From Dehalococcoidia bacterium (GTDB taxonomy: Bacteria > Chloroflexota > Dehalococcoidia > Plut-88900), in the NCBI GenBank assembly GCA_965207225.1, contig CBDBLV010000003.1, positions 64,001 through 128,000 on the forward strand: a stretch of 64,000 nucleotides of DNA, read 5' to 3'. Shown in pieces: positions 42,301-49,371 of the stretch (positions within the stretch are counted from its first letter, which is position 1; every line of letters begins with the position of its first letter). A program made the translations under genes and the position numbers. The notes under the pieces were generated by a model. It did not search any database. It saw nothing but the letters and a program-made list of their open reading frames with translations, and was not told the origin of the DNA.

Positions 42301-42707
42301 CGGTGTCCTCGACCCAGGGCGCGGCCACGGTCGGCGTGGCCGACAACGACGACGCCGCGCCGGAGGTGGAGATTACCGTCACCGTCGAGGCCGCGTCGGC
42401 GGTGGAGGGCGACGTGCTGGAGTTCCGGGTGCGGCTGTCCGAGGCGTCCACCGAGGAGATCAGGATCAGATGGAACACCGCGCCTGCGTACCACCTGCTG
42501 GACGACCGGGCGCACATGACCGACTATCAGTACACGGAGGGTGAGCTGGTGTTCGCGCCGGGGGTGACGGAGCTGACGGCGGAGGTGTGGCTGGAGTACG
42601 ACGACGATGAGGAGCCGGACGAGTACTTCGTGGTGGAGGCGTACCTGCCCGGGACCCTCTACCCGCCCGACGCCGTGGGAACCATGACGATCATAGACGA
42701 CGACTAG
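33306..42707 (+). CDS. Giant secreted adhesin-like protein (FN3, Calx-beta-like repeats, PPC-like domains), 3133 aa
   Basis: Signal peptide ending AQA-Q; FN3 domain; D-DWF/DVDWY PPC-like repeats; DD-DE-DG Ca-binding repeats; terminal Calx-beta. Confidence 0.88.
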   Translation: MMSRAAGFRRLLTFRTLLAVAAVLALLLTLLHAQQAQAQSGGLTLAVTERSESSLTVQWSQLEDVVTYTVILLGGDEFLVHTASPGEDTYVFTGLQADFQYELSVSAFRSDASSAGEVQIRARTLPPIKPEPTPVVEPEIVPQVSVTAGPEVTEGSDAVFTITADPAPAGDITVELTITAGGDVIGDGETGQRTVTVPASGSATYAVSTVDDGVVESPGTVTATLVSAGGGYAVADTPGNAATVTVTSEDWLLRTPTIKLVQPSSITSEYGPTLFGMYVRPVSTKPLLINVKLSQQNDFYDPADLGLKQWLIPAGEDYVVHEITPIDDSVAEPDGSITLELLPGTGYKLGPYKSATKRIRDEDLTEEERKNYTPEIRVTGTWVSGRPHQEGSDHRFKFASKKSLSSPLPITVEISQIGDFVAPEHLGKYQLTIPAAPSNAYLTIPTVDDQVDEPNGRVVARVLPGDGYVAARWQEKEHGWHDYGSQWIQDNDEVEFTLAAGPDISEGGEAEFTISASEASPARTETIKALVSQGGDFVDAPGDLGLRTLTITTGQSVTLRVATDDDGTDEADGWVSLSIEGAAAQVAVSDDDGGQVAQAGDCVADVSTNCTARVDGKVGGVLDSNRDQDWHGVNLTAGRTYWMKAWGFEAGVYCVYDAQGNCAQEGYLGQDVVFTPEQSGTWFIGVRPSGMTGAWPPTPPQHLSPELVALELQTKPLPEYERAYVLEVTTVTDDYPADATTTGQLSADGSAATGRNETRVDVDWFRVILSAGAQYLIYADSTLTKSGLLHPLHARVEGVYDSGGNLVASGVESPMLAATPDARITPDADGTYYVAVTGNRYNYRLDKGHQPPHPDSTRYSTCLLTAFNCYDSHWRLSLGNGVESSDWHNGGVPYQLSVVTAVDDYADHRDTTANVAVGGSLTGVIDYPGDVDWVAVTLPPGSLYEFKVEGVAANGKATLPDPHFTDLLYAAGGEFGGVVRFRGMRSAVWRWSQHDVGKPVDVVNTDDMGWHRPPASRLFFPGYENIYFIGVTSAENREGVLDTGAYRVSVSIVPQDPEGDDSSTTSALTVDGGAVEAHIDSGGDVDWFAVQLEAGRNYLLGVSVQCPYTSSYRCAYWDSGWAVQVKLADANGKEVGVGSGFRDAHEAVQIEASGTYYLVVRTGFNFHWSGQKLKYNAWASLLPDDEATDDIHTAAVLPPAVKQSKQGEIQYPDDVDWYRVTVQAGRSHTFTAVYNPAHSVAYYGARISPSHRIDGLFDSTGAPVYDNVYFYDERGIKQAYAHTKRSGRSWRELVFEPDADGVYYVAVSGSLGPYQVRHRSAVAAAVPVLSITADAASVAEGGSAEFTLTANPAPTLDLAVSVTVSASGDYGATTGKRTVTVSTGGKATLTVATTGDDADEPDGSVTATLDTPATDAGYKVSAAQGAATVTVSDDDGPALPVISVTSDGDVTEGTDASFTVTASPAPTLDLAVSVTVSASGDYGATTGKRTVTVSTGGKATLTVATTGDDADEPDGSVTATLDTPATDAGYKVSAAQGAATVTVSDDDGPALPVISVTSDGDVTEGADASFTVTANPAPDADLDVSVTVSATGDYGAATGQRTVTIPTAGYAALAVATTGDDVDETNGSVTVTVDPDADHDDYLVSTTQGSATVAVADDDDPAGADYTDYQTVVDILLEVRDNPPNPAMRNNPAHVKKWNRVLAAVGYDSGESAMPASEVHDNAAQWPDSPFHAASVYLTSLEQPRGQGQQQTPEISIAGGTGITEGGDAVFTVTASPAPAANLDVSVTVSQSGDYGATTGQRTVTVSTSGIVSFAVGTTDDSADETDGSVTATVNTGAGYTVSATQGAATVAVSDNDDAPTPEVSVTAGNGVTEGGDAVFTVTASPAPAANLDVSVTVSQSGDYGATTGQRTVTIPTSGSVTVTITTTDDTTDETDGSVTATVNAGSGYTVSSTQGAATVAVSDDDPQGPDHTDYQTVVDILLEVRDNPPNPAMRNNPAHVKKWNRVLAAVGYDSGESAMPASEVHDNAARWPDSPFKAASDYLRSQENQGQQQTPEISIAGGAGITEGGDAVFTVTASPAPSSNLDVSVTVSQSGDYGATTGQRTVTIPTSGSVTLTVGTTDDTTDETDGSVTATVNAGSGYTVSSSQGAATVAVSDNDDAPTPVVSVSAGSGVTEGGDAVFTVTASPAPASNLDVSVTVSQSGDYGATTGQRTVTIPTSGSVTLTVGTTDDTTDETDGSVTATVNTGSDYTVSSSQGAATVAVSDNDDAPTPVVSVSAGSGVTEGGSAVFTVTASPAPAANLDVSVTVSQSGDYGATTGQRTVTIPTSGSVTVTITTTDDTTDEADGSVTATVNAGSDYTVSSTQGAATVAVSDNDDASTPVVSVTGAAGGTEGESVTFTVTASPAPAADLAVSLTVSQSGDYGAATGQRTVTVPTTGSVTFTVGTTDDSTDETDGSVTATVNAGSGYTVSSSQGAATVGVADNDDPVVEEQTGYTVDPDVIAKVRELASQTQHGTAHVNRWNRVLVAFGEHDGTGVTGGPMTAAEAQDMADKHSSPVWDEVVTELTALEAASAQTPPPPTPEVSVTAGSGITEGGDAVFTVTASPAPSSNLDVSVTVSQSGDYGATTGQRTVTIPTTGSVTLTVGTTDDTTDETDGSVTATVNAGSGYTVSSSQGAATVAVSDNDDAPTPVVSVTAGSGVTEGGDAVFTVTASPAPASNLDVSVTVSQSGDYGATTGQRTVTVPTTGSVTLTVGTTDDSADETDGSVTATVNAGSGYTVSSTQGAATVGVADNDDAPTPVVSVTAGSGVTEGGDVVFTVTASPAPASNLAVSVTVSQSGDYGATTGRRTVTVPTSGSVTLTVGTTDDTTDETDGSVIATVNAGSGYTVSSSQGAATVGVSDNDDAPTPVVSVTAGSGVTEGGDAVFTVTAIPAPAANLAVSVTVSQSGDYGATTGHRTVTIPTTGSVTLTVGTTDDTTDETDGSVTATVNAGSGYTVSSTQGAATVGVADNDDAAPEVEITVTVEAASAVEGDVLEFRVRLSEASTEEIRIRWNTAPAYHLLDDRAHMTDYQYTEGELVFAPGVTELTAEVWLEYDDDEEPDEYFVVEAYLPGTLYPPDAVGTMTIIDDD
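37280..42355 (+). repeat. 13 intragenic ~327-bp (109-aa) tandem units with three helical inserts
   Basis: Period 327 bp (e.g. 39781 and 40108); units counted from the translation; boundaries approximate. Confidence 0.88.
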
Positions 42708-42735
42708 TCCGGCCCGGCCGGACCGGCAAGAGGAT

Positions 42736-42774
42736 GCAAGGGGGGCCTGCGGCAATGTCGCAGGCCCCCCTTGC
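42736..42774 (+). terminator. GC-rich hairpin after the adhesin
   Basis: GCAAGGGGGGCCTGCG-gcaatgt-CGCAGGCCCCCCTTGC; no U-tract. Confidence 0.65.
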
Positions 42775-42863
42775 GCTGGCCGTGGGGCGGCTAGGTAATA
42801 TACTAACGTGGGTGTCAGGATCGCCGGAGTGAAGTTGGATCACCCATCCACAATTCGAAAATG

Positions 42864-42907
42864 GTTCTGCCTATCGTCAACTCAGGCCCACCATCCAGGA
42901 CAAGAAC
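42864..42907. other. LSR junction J3 (E-right | host-side half-site)
   Basis: GTTCTGCCTATCGTCAACTCAGGC-CC-ACCATCCAGGACAAGAAC; the right-arm AGAAC is 6 bp closer to the core than in J1 and J2. Confidence 0.8.
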
Positions 42908-43151
42908 TTGTCGCGTACTTACTAGCATTCGAACGGACCCCTCAACCTACCGGAATACGTCACTGAAGTAGCCCGAATCAAAGGTTTATCAGGGACGTGG
43001 TTACCGTGACTAGAGAATCTGTCAGTCCAACCCTATGACTCAGTTAAAACAATTCGGGGCCAATGGATACAATAGCGTATGTGAACAGCTTCGATTTGCA
43101 AGCCGTTACAACTGTGGTAAAGGATGTGGTAATTGACAGGACGATTCCGTA

Positions 43152-43190
43152 AAATCATAGCTAAAGACTGATCCCACTCCCTCCGCCACT
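43152..43190 (+). repeat. 39-bp direct repeat, copy 1 (tyrosine-integrase att-like, contains a tRNA-Ser-like 3' end)
   Basis: 38/39 identical to 50624-50662; ATCCCACTCCCTCCGCCA at 43171-43188; arm-type-like TGTGGTAA repeats at 43113 and 43125. Confidence 0.85.
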
Positions 43191-43277
43191 ACACCTCTTT
43201 TGGTCATCCTCCTTTTTCTCATTTTACGCTTGCTTCATAGCTAAAATGGCCATTTAATCTGCCTTTCCTCGCCCTAT

Positions 43278-43677
43278 TAGGTGAGGCATCCGTACTGCGT
43301 GACGAATCCCGGCTGGTGTTCCCGTCGGTTCTAAAGGCAGAGTCTCCGATGTCCGATATGACTCTCACAAATATCCTGGCTCTATCGGTCTGGCTGACCA
43401 CGCCACCGTCCACGGGTTTCCCAGCAGCTTCAAGAACTGGACATTGGAACAAACAGATACCTCTTGGGTAGTATCAGAGGCGGCGCTTGCTCACAGTCTG
43501 GGCAATTCAACCGAGCAGGCTTACACGAGGTCTGATTTATTCGAGCGTCGCAGGGAGCTGATGCAGATGTGGGCAGACTATGTGCTGGACGATTCCCGGG
43601 ACAAAGAGAACCATTTGCAGTTAAATAGGCCGACCTCAGCTAACAACGCTTCTCAGCCAGTGCAGGTCTCTACTTGA
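43278..43677 (+). pseudogene. P4-like tyrosine integrase C-terminal remnant
   Basis: LVFPS...MSDMTL, a frameshift, TVHGF(P)SSFKNW, EAALAH and AYTRSDLFERRRELMQMWADY. Confidence 0.85.
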
Positions 43678-43866
43678 GTCGGGCCTTGAATTCACTGACC
43701 TTTGTCCACAGGCGGTAACTTGCCCTTTACCGTGGGCCCTTTAGCGATGCGTTAAAGGCTGTTCGGATGCTTCATGGCTGAGGAGCCCGCTGACCTCTGT
43801 GCGTTGGCAAAGAGCAGGTTCTTAGCGGGCGTCCTATTGAGTGGTTAGTAGCCTGATCAGGCGAAG

Positions 43867-44895
43867 CTAGGTGCCCAAGCTGGCGATCTGAGCAATGAGC
43901 GAGCCGATGTCCGAGTAGCGGTGCTCAACGCCTCCCATCTTCAATCGCCAGGTGGTTGTTTCACCAGAAGTATCGGCGGCTATTTCGACGTCCGTTTGCT
44001 CACCAGCAACTCGGCTTTCGTAAATTCTGAAACCCTCGCGTTCCAACGCTCGACGCATCCACATGCCGGGGAGTCCATCGGCTATAAGCAAGGCAGTGCC
44101 TTTGGCCGGAATGAGAGGCCTGAAGCCTCCGATGTCGGAGTCAAAGTACAGCTCGGAGCTGGAGAATGTGGACTGCAACTCTCCTCGCAGTATCAGGTCC
44201 TCGGGCGCGCCGAGTTCCAGCTTATGCTCGGATGTTATCAGCCACAGGGTGTCGGCTGACCTCAATGCCAGGTCCAGGTCGTGGGTGGACATCAGGACTG
44301 CCAGACCCGTCTCGCGGCTCAGTCGTTTCAACAGGCCCGTAATCTCGACACGGGTGGGCAGGTCAAGAAATGCGGTAGGTTCATCAAGCAGCATCACAGC
44401 GGGCTGCTGGGCAAGGGCGCGCGCAATCATCACTCTTTGGCGTTCCCCGTCACTCAGTTCGGCGATATCACGTGATGCCAAGTGATTGGACCGGGTCACA
44501 CCTATAGCCCACCGGACAACCCTGTGGTCTTGAGCCGTTAGCCCCGCCGCCCAGCCGGTGTACGGATAGCGACCCAGGGCTATCAGCTCGTAGCCCGTCA
44601 AATGGCCAACGGTCAGGCGTTGTGTAAGTACAACGCTCAGCAGCTTTGCAAGTGCATAGCCGCTCAGGCGGTCGATATCGCTTCCCTCAATCTCCACATT
44701 GCCGGCAAGCGTCGGTTGCATCTTGCCAAGGGTCCTGAGTAGAGTCGATTTGCCGGCGCCGTTGGGCCCGAGCATGCATACGAACTCGCCTCTATGGAGC
44801 TCCAGGTCCACGTTTTGCAGGACTATAGTGCGCTTGGACCGACCTGACTTGTATCCTACAGCGAGATCATGGGTGGCCAGAGCTACTTCCTTCAA
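43867..44895 (-). CDS. Fe-siderophore/cobalamin ABC transporter ATPase
   Basis: GPNGAGKST, LSDGERQR and LLDEPTAFLD; TTG start at 44895 overlaps the permease stop. Confidence 0.9.
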   Translation of the reverse strand: MKEVALATHDLAVGYKSGRSKRTIVLQNVDLELHRGEFVCMLGPNGAGKSTLLRTLGKMQPTLAGNVEIEGSDIDRLSGYALAKLLSVVLTQRLTVGHLTGYELIALGRYPYTGWAAGLTAQDHRVVRWAIGVTRSNHLASRDIAELSDGERQRVMIARALAQQPAVMLLDEPTAFLDLPTRVEITGLLKRLSRETGLAVLMSTHDLDLALRSADTLWLITSEHKLELGAPEDLILRGELQSTFSSSELYFDSDIGGFRPLIPAKGTALLIADGLPGMWMRRALEREGFRIYESRVAGEQTDVEIAADTSGETTTWRLKMGGVEHRYSDIGSLIAQIASLGT

Positions 44896-46022
44896 AGGGC
44901 AAATCCCCTTCTTGCCTTCAGCAACACCCAGATGGCTACCGGGCCCCCAAACAAGGCGGTGGCGGCGTTTATAGGCAGATTGAGGCTGCTGTTGGGCAAC
45001 TCGGCGAGAATTCCGCAGGCCAGTGCGATCACTACGCCTACCAGTAAAGAGCCGGGAACCAGGATGCGATGGTCGGATGTGCCGAATATGCCGCGAGCGA
45101 TGTGTGGTATAGCGATGCCAAGAAATCCGATAGGCCCGGCATAGGCTACAACCGCGCCGGCCATGAGGGAGGCGCTGCCCATGATTACCACTCTTGCCCT
45201 CCTCACGTTCAGCCCCATGCTCTGAGCGTAGCTTTCTCCGAGCAACAGGGCGTTGAGAGGCTTGGTCGTGACAACAGCCAGTACGAGGGCCACCCCGATG
45301 GAAGACGATAAAAATGGCATCTCGTCCCATCGGACGCGGTTGAAACTACCCAGCCCCCACTCCACAAACTCCCTGGTCTGCTGTTCGTTGGCGAAGAAGA
45401 TGAGGATGGTCACTATGGCGCCAATCAGTGAAGCCATCACGACTCCCAGCAGCAACACCACAACCATATCCCCAACACGTGAGGCAACCATGAGCATGAT
45501 TGCGAGAACCGCAGCGGCGCCAAGAGCCGCCCCGGCAACCGTTCCGAGATTGTTGAAGATGCCGCTGCCCACTCCGGAAAAGATCTCTGCGGAAGCCGGA
45601 CTCACGAGAATGACCAGCGCCACTCCCAGGCTAGCTCCGGAAGACACCCCCAGGGTGAACGGGCTGGCGAGGGGATTCCTGAACACGGTCTGCATTTGCA
45701 GACCTGCCAGCCCCAGGGCAGTACCGACCATCATGCCCGTCAGGACCCTTGGAAGCCGGATGTCCATGACTATGGTCTGCCATGAACTCTTCTCGGCTTC
45801 GCCTCCTAGCAGGATTGCCAACACCTGATCAACTGGTATGTTGACTGACGACCAGCTCAGGGACAATAGAATTGCGCCAACGCCTAGAAGCGCCAGCAGG
45901 ACGAAGATTGACAATTGACGCTTAGCACGAGAGCCGGTGTCTATGGCAACGCGGTCATCCTCAGCATCCGGCATGCGCTCGGGTTGAGTAGGCGCAGATG
46001 TCGCCGGACCGGAGAGACTCAT
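44892..46022 (-). CDS. FecCD/BtuC-family permease
   Basis: IRLPRVL, FRNPLASP--LGVSSGA and GPIGFLGI. Confidence 0.92.
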   Translation of the reverse strand: MSLSGPATSAPTQPERMPDAEDDRVAIDTGSRAKRQLSIFVLLALLGVGAILLSLSWSSVNIPVDQVLAILLGGEAEKSSWQTIVMDIRLPRVLTGMMVGTALGLAGLQMQTVFRNPLASPFTLGVSSGASLGVALVILVSPASAEIFSGVGSGIFNNLGTVAGAALGAAAVLAIMLMVASRVGDMVVVLLLGVVMASLIGAIVTILIFFANEQQTREFVEWGLGSFNRVRWDEMPFLSSSIGVALVLAVVTTKPLNALLLGESYAQSMGLNVRRARVVIMGSASLMAGAVVAYAGPIGFLGIAIPHIARGIFGTSDHRILVPGSLLVGVVIALACGILAELPNSSLNLPINAATALFGGPVAIWVLLKARRGFAL

Positions 46023-46810
46023 TTGGTTCGAGGCCCTGCGTGATTACTCAATATGCCGAAAAATTCTCTCACGATTGGTATAAGGACATCCACGCGAGAT
46101 TTGCTCTGGTGATGGTCGAGTCCCTGCAAAGACTTGAAGGAAACGTTGGGGAACTCAAGTGCGGCCTGCCTGGCTAAATCGTGGTCTTCATCCCGGGTCC
46201 CGCATAGCAACAGGTAGGGTATCCGACCCCGTGAGAGCCCTTCACTCAACCCTCGGATTCTACTCGTAGCGACAAGCGCGGCTCCCAGGGCCTTCCAGTC
46301 TCGGGCCTCCAACTCGGCCTTCTGCGCATGGCTTAGGGGGCCGGACTCGGTTTCTCTTCGTTCGATGGCGGCCTCTACGCCGCAATCGATGTATCGCTGG
46401 CCCCACTCTTCGAAGTCTGCGGGAAGTCTCTCAGGGTACGGATGGGCGCCCAGCACTATCACGGAGCGAAACCTATGTGGGGCATAAGCACTGAGTCCAA
46501 AGCCGGTGATCCCTCCCAGCGAATAGCCCAGGAAGTAGGCTGTTTCCGCTCCAACTGCGTCGAGCACAGACGTGACGTCTTGAACTCTCCTTGACAGGCT
46601 GTAGGAGGACGGATCATGCGATTTTTCGCTTCTGCCGTGTCCGCGAGCATCCATAGTGATTACCTGAAACGCATCCTTCAGGGCGCTGACGTGGCCTCCC
46701 GTATGCCAGGCCTCTCCCGATACCCCGAAGCCGTGAAGCAGAACCAGAGGGGGGCCGTCTCCTTCGACGTCGAAGTGAATCCGGCCCCCCTCACTAGCTG
46801 CAAACGGAAT
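46019..46810 (-). CDS. Alpha/beta hydrolase with ATT at the expected start
   Basis: GYSLG nucleophile and DARGHG. The open frame extends to (I)PFAASEGGRIHFDVEGDGPPLVLLHG with a GAGGA RBS. Confidence 0.8.
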   Translation of the reverse strand: MPFAASEGGRIHFDVEGDGPPLVLLHGFGVSGEAWHTGGHVSALKDAFQVITMDARGHGRSEKSHDPSSYSLSRRVQDVTSVLDAVGAETAYFLGYSLGGITGFGLSAYAPHRFRSVIVLGAHPYPERLPADFEEWGQRYIDCGVEAAIERRETESGPLSHAQKAELEARDWKALGAALVATSRIRGLSEGLSRGRIPYLLLCGTRDEDHDLARQAALEFPNVSFKSLQGLDHHQSKSRVDVLIPIVREFFGILSNHAGPRTK

Positions 46811-46827
46811 TGTCTAATTCCTCGGTG

Positions 46828-49371
46828 TTATCTCGCAGGTGGAGTAATAATCTCCAGCCATACTGTTTCGTGGTTCGGGACCAACTCTGGATGGATGATG
46901 CTCACAAGGTCTTTCAGCAGGAGGTCGGCCCTGTAGTTTACGGCGGTCTTGTAGTAGTCCTCTCCACGCTTGAAGATGTGGAAGGCTGCGCTGTTATGGA
47001 GAGCGGGAATCTCCGCGTTCAGAGGGTCCTGCGCAACCCAGGCATTTCCGTCGCCCCCATTGTCCAGGGCGTCATACGAAGCGTTCCACCAGAAGTCAGC
47101 AGTTGCTCCAAATTCGACGGCCTCTTCTGTGGAGATGCTTGCGAAGGCATCCAGTGCCAGATCGGCGTCTATCAGGACAGGGGTCCCACCGGCATCCCTG
47201 ATTAGGTGGTAGTCCACTCGGTCAGGGCCAAAGGTGAACCAGGAGCCGCGTTCAGTAAATGAGCCGTGCATTATCGCTGGCCGGCTCTCCACGGGCACTG
47301 CCTCAGCTACCCGTTGGGCCAGGGTCACGTACTCACGCTCAACGGGCTCGAATAGCTCATTCGCGAATTTCTCTTTGTTGAAGAACAGCGCCCAGAACTT
47401 AAGGTGTTCCGCAGCTCCCAGGGGAGTTTCCCAGTAGGAGTTGTAGAACACAGCACTGAGTCCAAGCTCCCTGGCCGTCACTCTTTGTGACGCACTGAAG
47501 GGCACCACAACTATCTCAGGTCCCGCATCGACAACCGGCTCCCAACCGTCTGCCGAGACGTTGGCGACCAAGAAATCGTCGGCCTTGTATCTTCTGTCCA
47601 ATTCCGGCGTGATTTGAGAGAAATCCCCAAACGGTATGTAACCCAAGCCGATAAGGGAGTCGGCTTCACCAAGGAACTCAAGAGCTGTAACTACAGACCC
47701 GCCACCGGAGTTTTCGTATAGGGTTTCGATGGGCACCTGGATGACGTGGGCGTCGGCCAGGTTACCCATCAGGGGCGGGACAGGGGTTCCCTTTTGGACG
47801 AGCACGTAGGTTTCCCGGCTTCCAGCGTTAGCGTCTCCGACGGGTCCCATGTGCAGGAGCTTGTAGTTTCCGTGGTAGCTGACCGTCCAGTCCTTGGCCC
47901 AATTCGCCTCGACCTTGTCGGGGAAGTAGTCAGCCCCCTCGATATATGCATCCACTGGGCCTTGCGGGTTGGCCGCAATTATCCCGACCTGAGCTGCCGT
48001 TTCAATTCGGTCCAGGAACACAGGCTGGTGCCCGGGGAGCAGGCCAGGGTGGATGATGCTAACGAGGTCTTTCAGCAGGATGTCTACTCTGACAGCGCCG
48101 GTGCTGTGGTAGTCGACCGCCCGGCCGTACCGATGGAACGCGTTGCCTTGCTCCAATGCTGCGAATCTCGAATTGAGTACGTTACGTTCCAGGTACTCGG
48201 GCACGTTGGTGGCCCGGGGCCTGAACGCCAACTCGAACCAGTACTCAGAGTCCTGGGCGTATTCCAGGGCAGTTTCCAGGGCCACCCCTCCGAAGCCCAG
48301 GTGGGCGGTGCCATCCAGCAAACCCTGATCCACGGCCTTTAGCAGGGGCCGCTGGCCTCCCGCGTCCTCAATCAGTACGGACTCGAGGCGGGTGCGATTC
48401 CTGCTCTGAAACTGGCCGGAGCTTGCAATAGTGCCAAGCAGGACGGAGGGTGAATCAGACTGGCTCTGGGCCAGCTCCTTGACCCTGTTGTACTCTGCAG
48501 CGATGGGGTCGAAGTACCTGTTGGCGCGGGCCTCCAGGTTGAAGAACAGCGAAACGAACTTCACCTGCTCGGCGGAGCCCAGCGGGCCTTCCGAGAAGGG
48601 TGAGTAGTGAATGGCAGGCACCCCGACCTGGAGGGCGTTGTTCCGCCAGTCGTCCCCGTTGTACTGGAAGTAGACGTCGGGGTCGCCGTCGAGGATCAGT
48701 TCCAGGTCTTCGCCGTAGCTCGTTTCCTTGTGTACGTCATCCTGTGCTACACGGGAGATAACGTCGGGCAGGAAATGGTTCTGGGACCCGGACGTTCTTG
48801 TGTTCACGCCGATGAGCGAGTCCAGGACGCCAAGGCTGTCCAAGGCAGCGAACGACGCTCCGCCGCCTTCCCAAAAGCGTTTGACCGGCACCTCGACAAC
48901 CATCGCATCTTCAAGCTCTCCCGAGAGCTCGGGGGCCGGCGTGCCGCATTGCACCAGGACATAGCTGATATTGTTCTGGGTGTCCGGGCTGTCGTCAGTA
49001 TCGACCGTCAGGACCTTGTAGTTGTCGAAGTATTCGACCCACCATTCCTTGGCATACTGAGCTTCGGTCTTGTCCGGAAAGTAGTCTGTGTCTTCTTCGA
49101 AGGAATCGGCGCACTCCTGTAGATTATTGACGACGAGGTTCTTCACGACAGGCACCTGCACTTCCACAGGTACTTCGACGGGCACTTCTACAGTCGTCTC
49201 AACTTCCACAACACGATCAACAGGGACTTCTACCGGCACTTCAACGGTCCGCTCAACGGGGACCTCTACCGGCACTTCAACGGTCCGCTCTACCACCGTG
49301 TCTCCGCAAGCCAGGATAGCGGTGAGAGCCAAAAGGACCAGGGGGATGAACCACGCTTTTCTTAACGCCAT
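46828..49371 (-). CDS. Tandem two-domain BtuF/FepB-like substrate-binding lipoprotein with VEVP linker
   Basis: Lipobox ILAC; two copies of DYFPDK...PLG-AE--KF--LFFN...D-LLKDLVSIIHP. Confidence 0.88.
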   Translation of the reverse strand: MALRKAWFIPLVLLALTAILACGDTVVERTVEVPVEVPVERTVEVPVEVPVDRVVEVETTVEVPVEVPVEVQVPVVKNLVVNNLQECADSFEEDTDYFPDKTEAQYAKEWWVEYFDNYKVLTVDTDDSPDTQNNISYVLVQCGTPAPELSGELEDAMVVEVPVKRFWEGGGASFAALDSLGVLDSLIGVNTRTSGSQNHFLPDVISRVAQDDVHKETSYGEDLELILDGDPDVYFQYNGDDWRNNALQVGVPAIHYSPFSEGPLGSAEQVKFVSLFFNLEARANRYFDPIAAEYNRVKELAQSQSDSPSVLLGTIASSGQFQSRNRTRLESVLIEDAGGQRPLLKAVDQGLLDGTAHLGFGGVALETALEYAQDSEYWFELAFRPRATNVPEYLERNVLNSRFAALEQGNAFHRYGRAVDYHSTGAVRVDILLKDLVSIIHPGLLPGHQPVFLDRIETAAQVGIIAANPQGPVDAYIEGADYFPDKVEANWAKDWTVSYHGNYKLLHMGPVGDANAGSRETYVLVQKGTPVPPLMGNLADAHVIQVPIETLYENSGGGSVVTALEFLGEADSLIGLGYIPFGDFSQITPELDRRYKADDFLVANVSADGWEPVVDAGPEIVVVPFSASQRVTARELGLSAVFYNSYWETPLGAAEHLKFWALFFNKEKFANELFEPVEREYVTLAQRVAEAVPVESRPAIMHGSFTERGSWFTFGPDRVDYHLIRDAGGTPVLIDADLALDAFASISTEEAVEFGATADFWWNASYDALDNGGDGNAWVAQDPLNAEIPALHNSAAFHIFKRGEDYYKTAVNYRADLLLKDLVSIIHPELVPNHETVWLEIITPPAR

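Larger units (their letters stand above)
22851..42888 (-). mobile_element. E-right: complete ~20.0-kb LSR integrative element
   Basis: Flanked by GCCCACCA. Joined ends give an attP whose arms GTTCTGCCTATCGTCAA and GTTCTGTCTACCGTCAA match at 15/17. LSR lies at the left end. Confidence 0.83.

Noticed and set aside
37280-42355. Regular repeats as a CRISPR array
   Set aside because: In-frame 327-bp coding repeats with no unique spacers and no cas genes.
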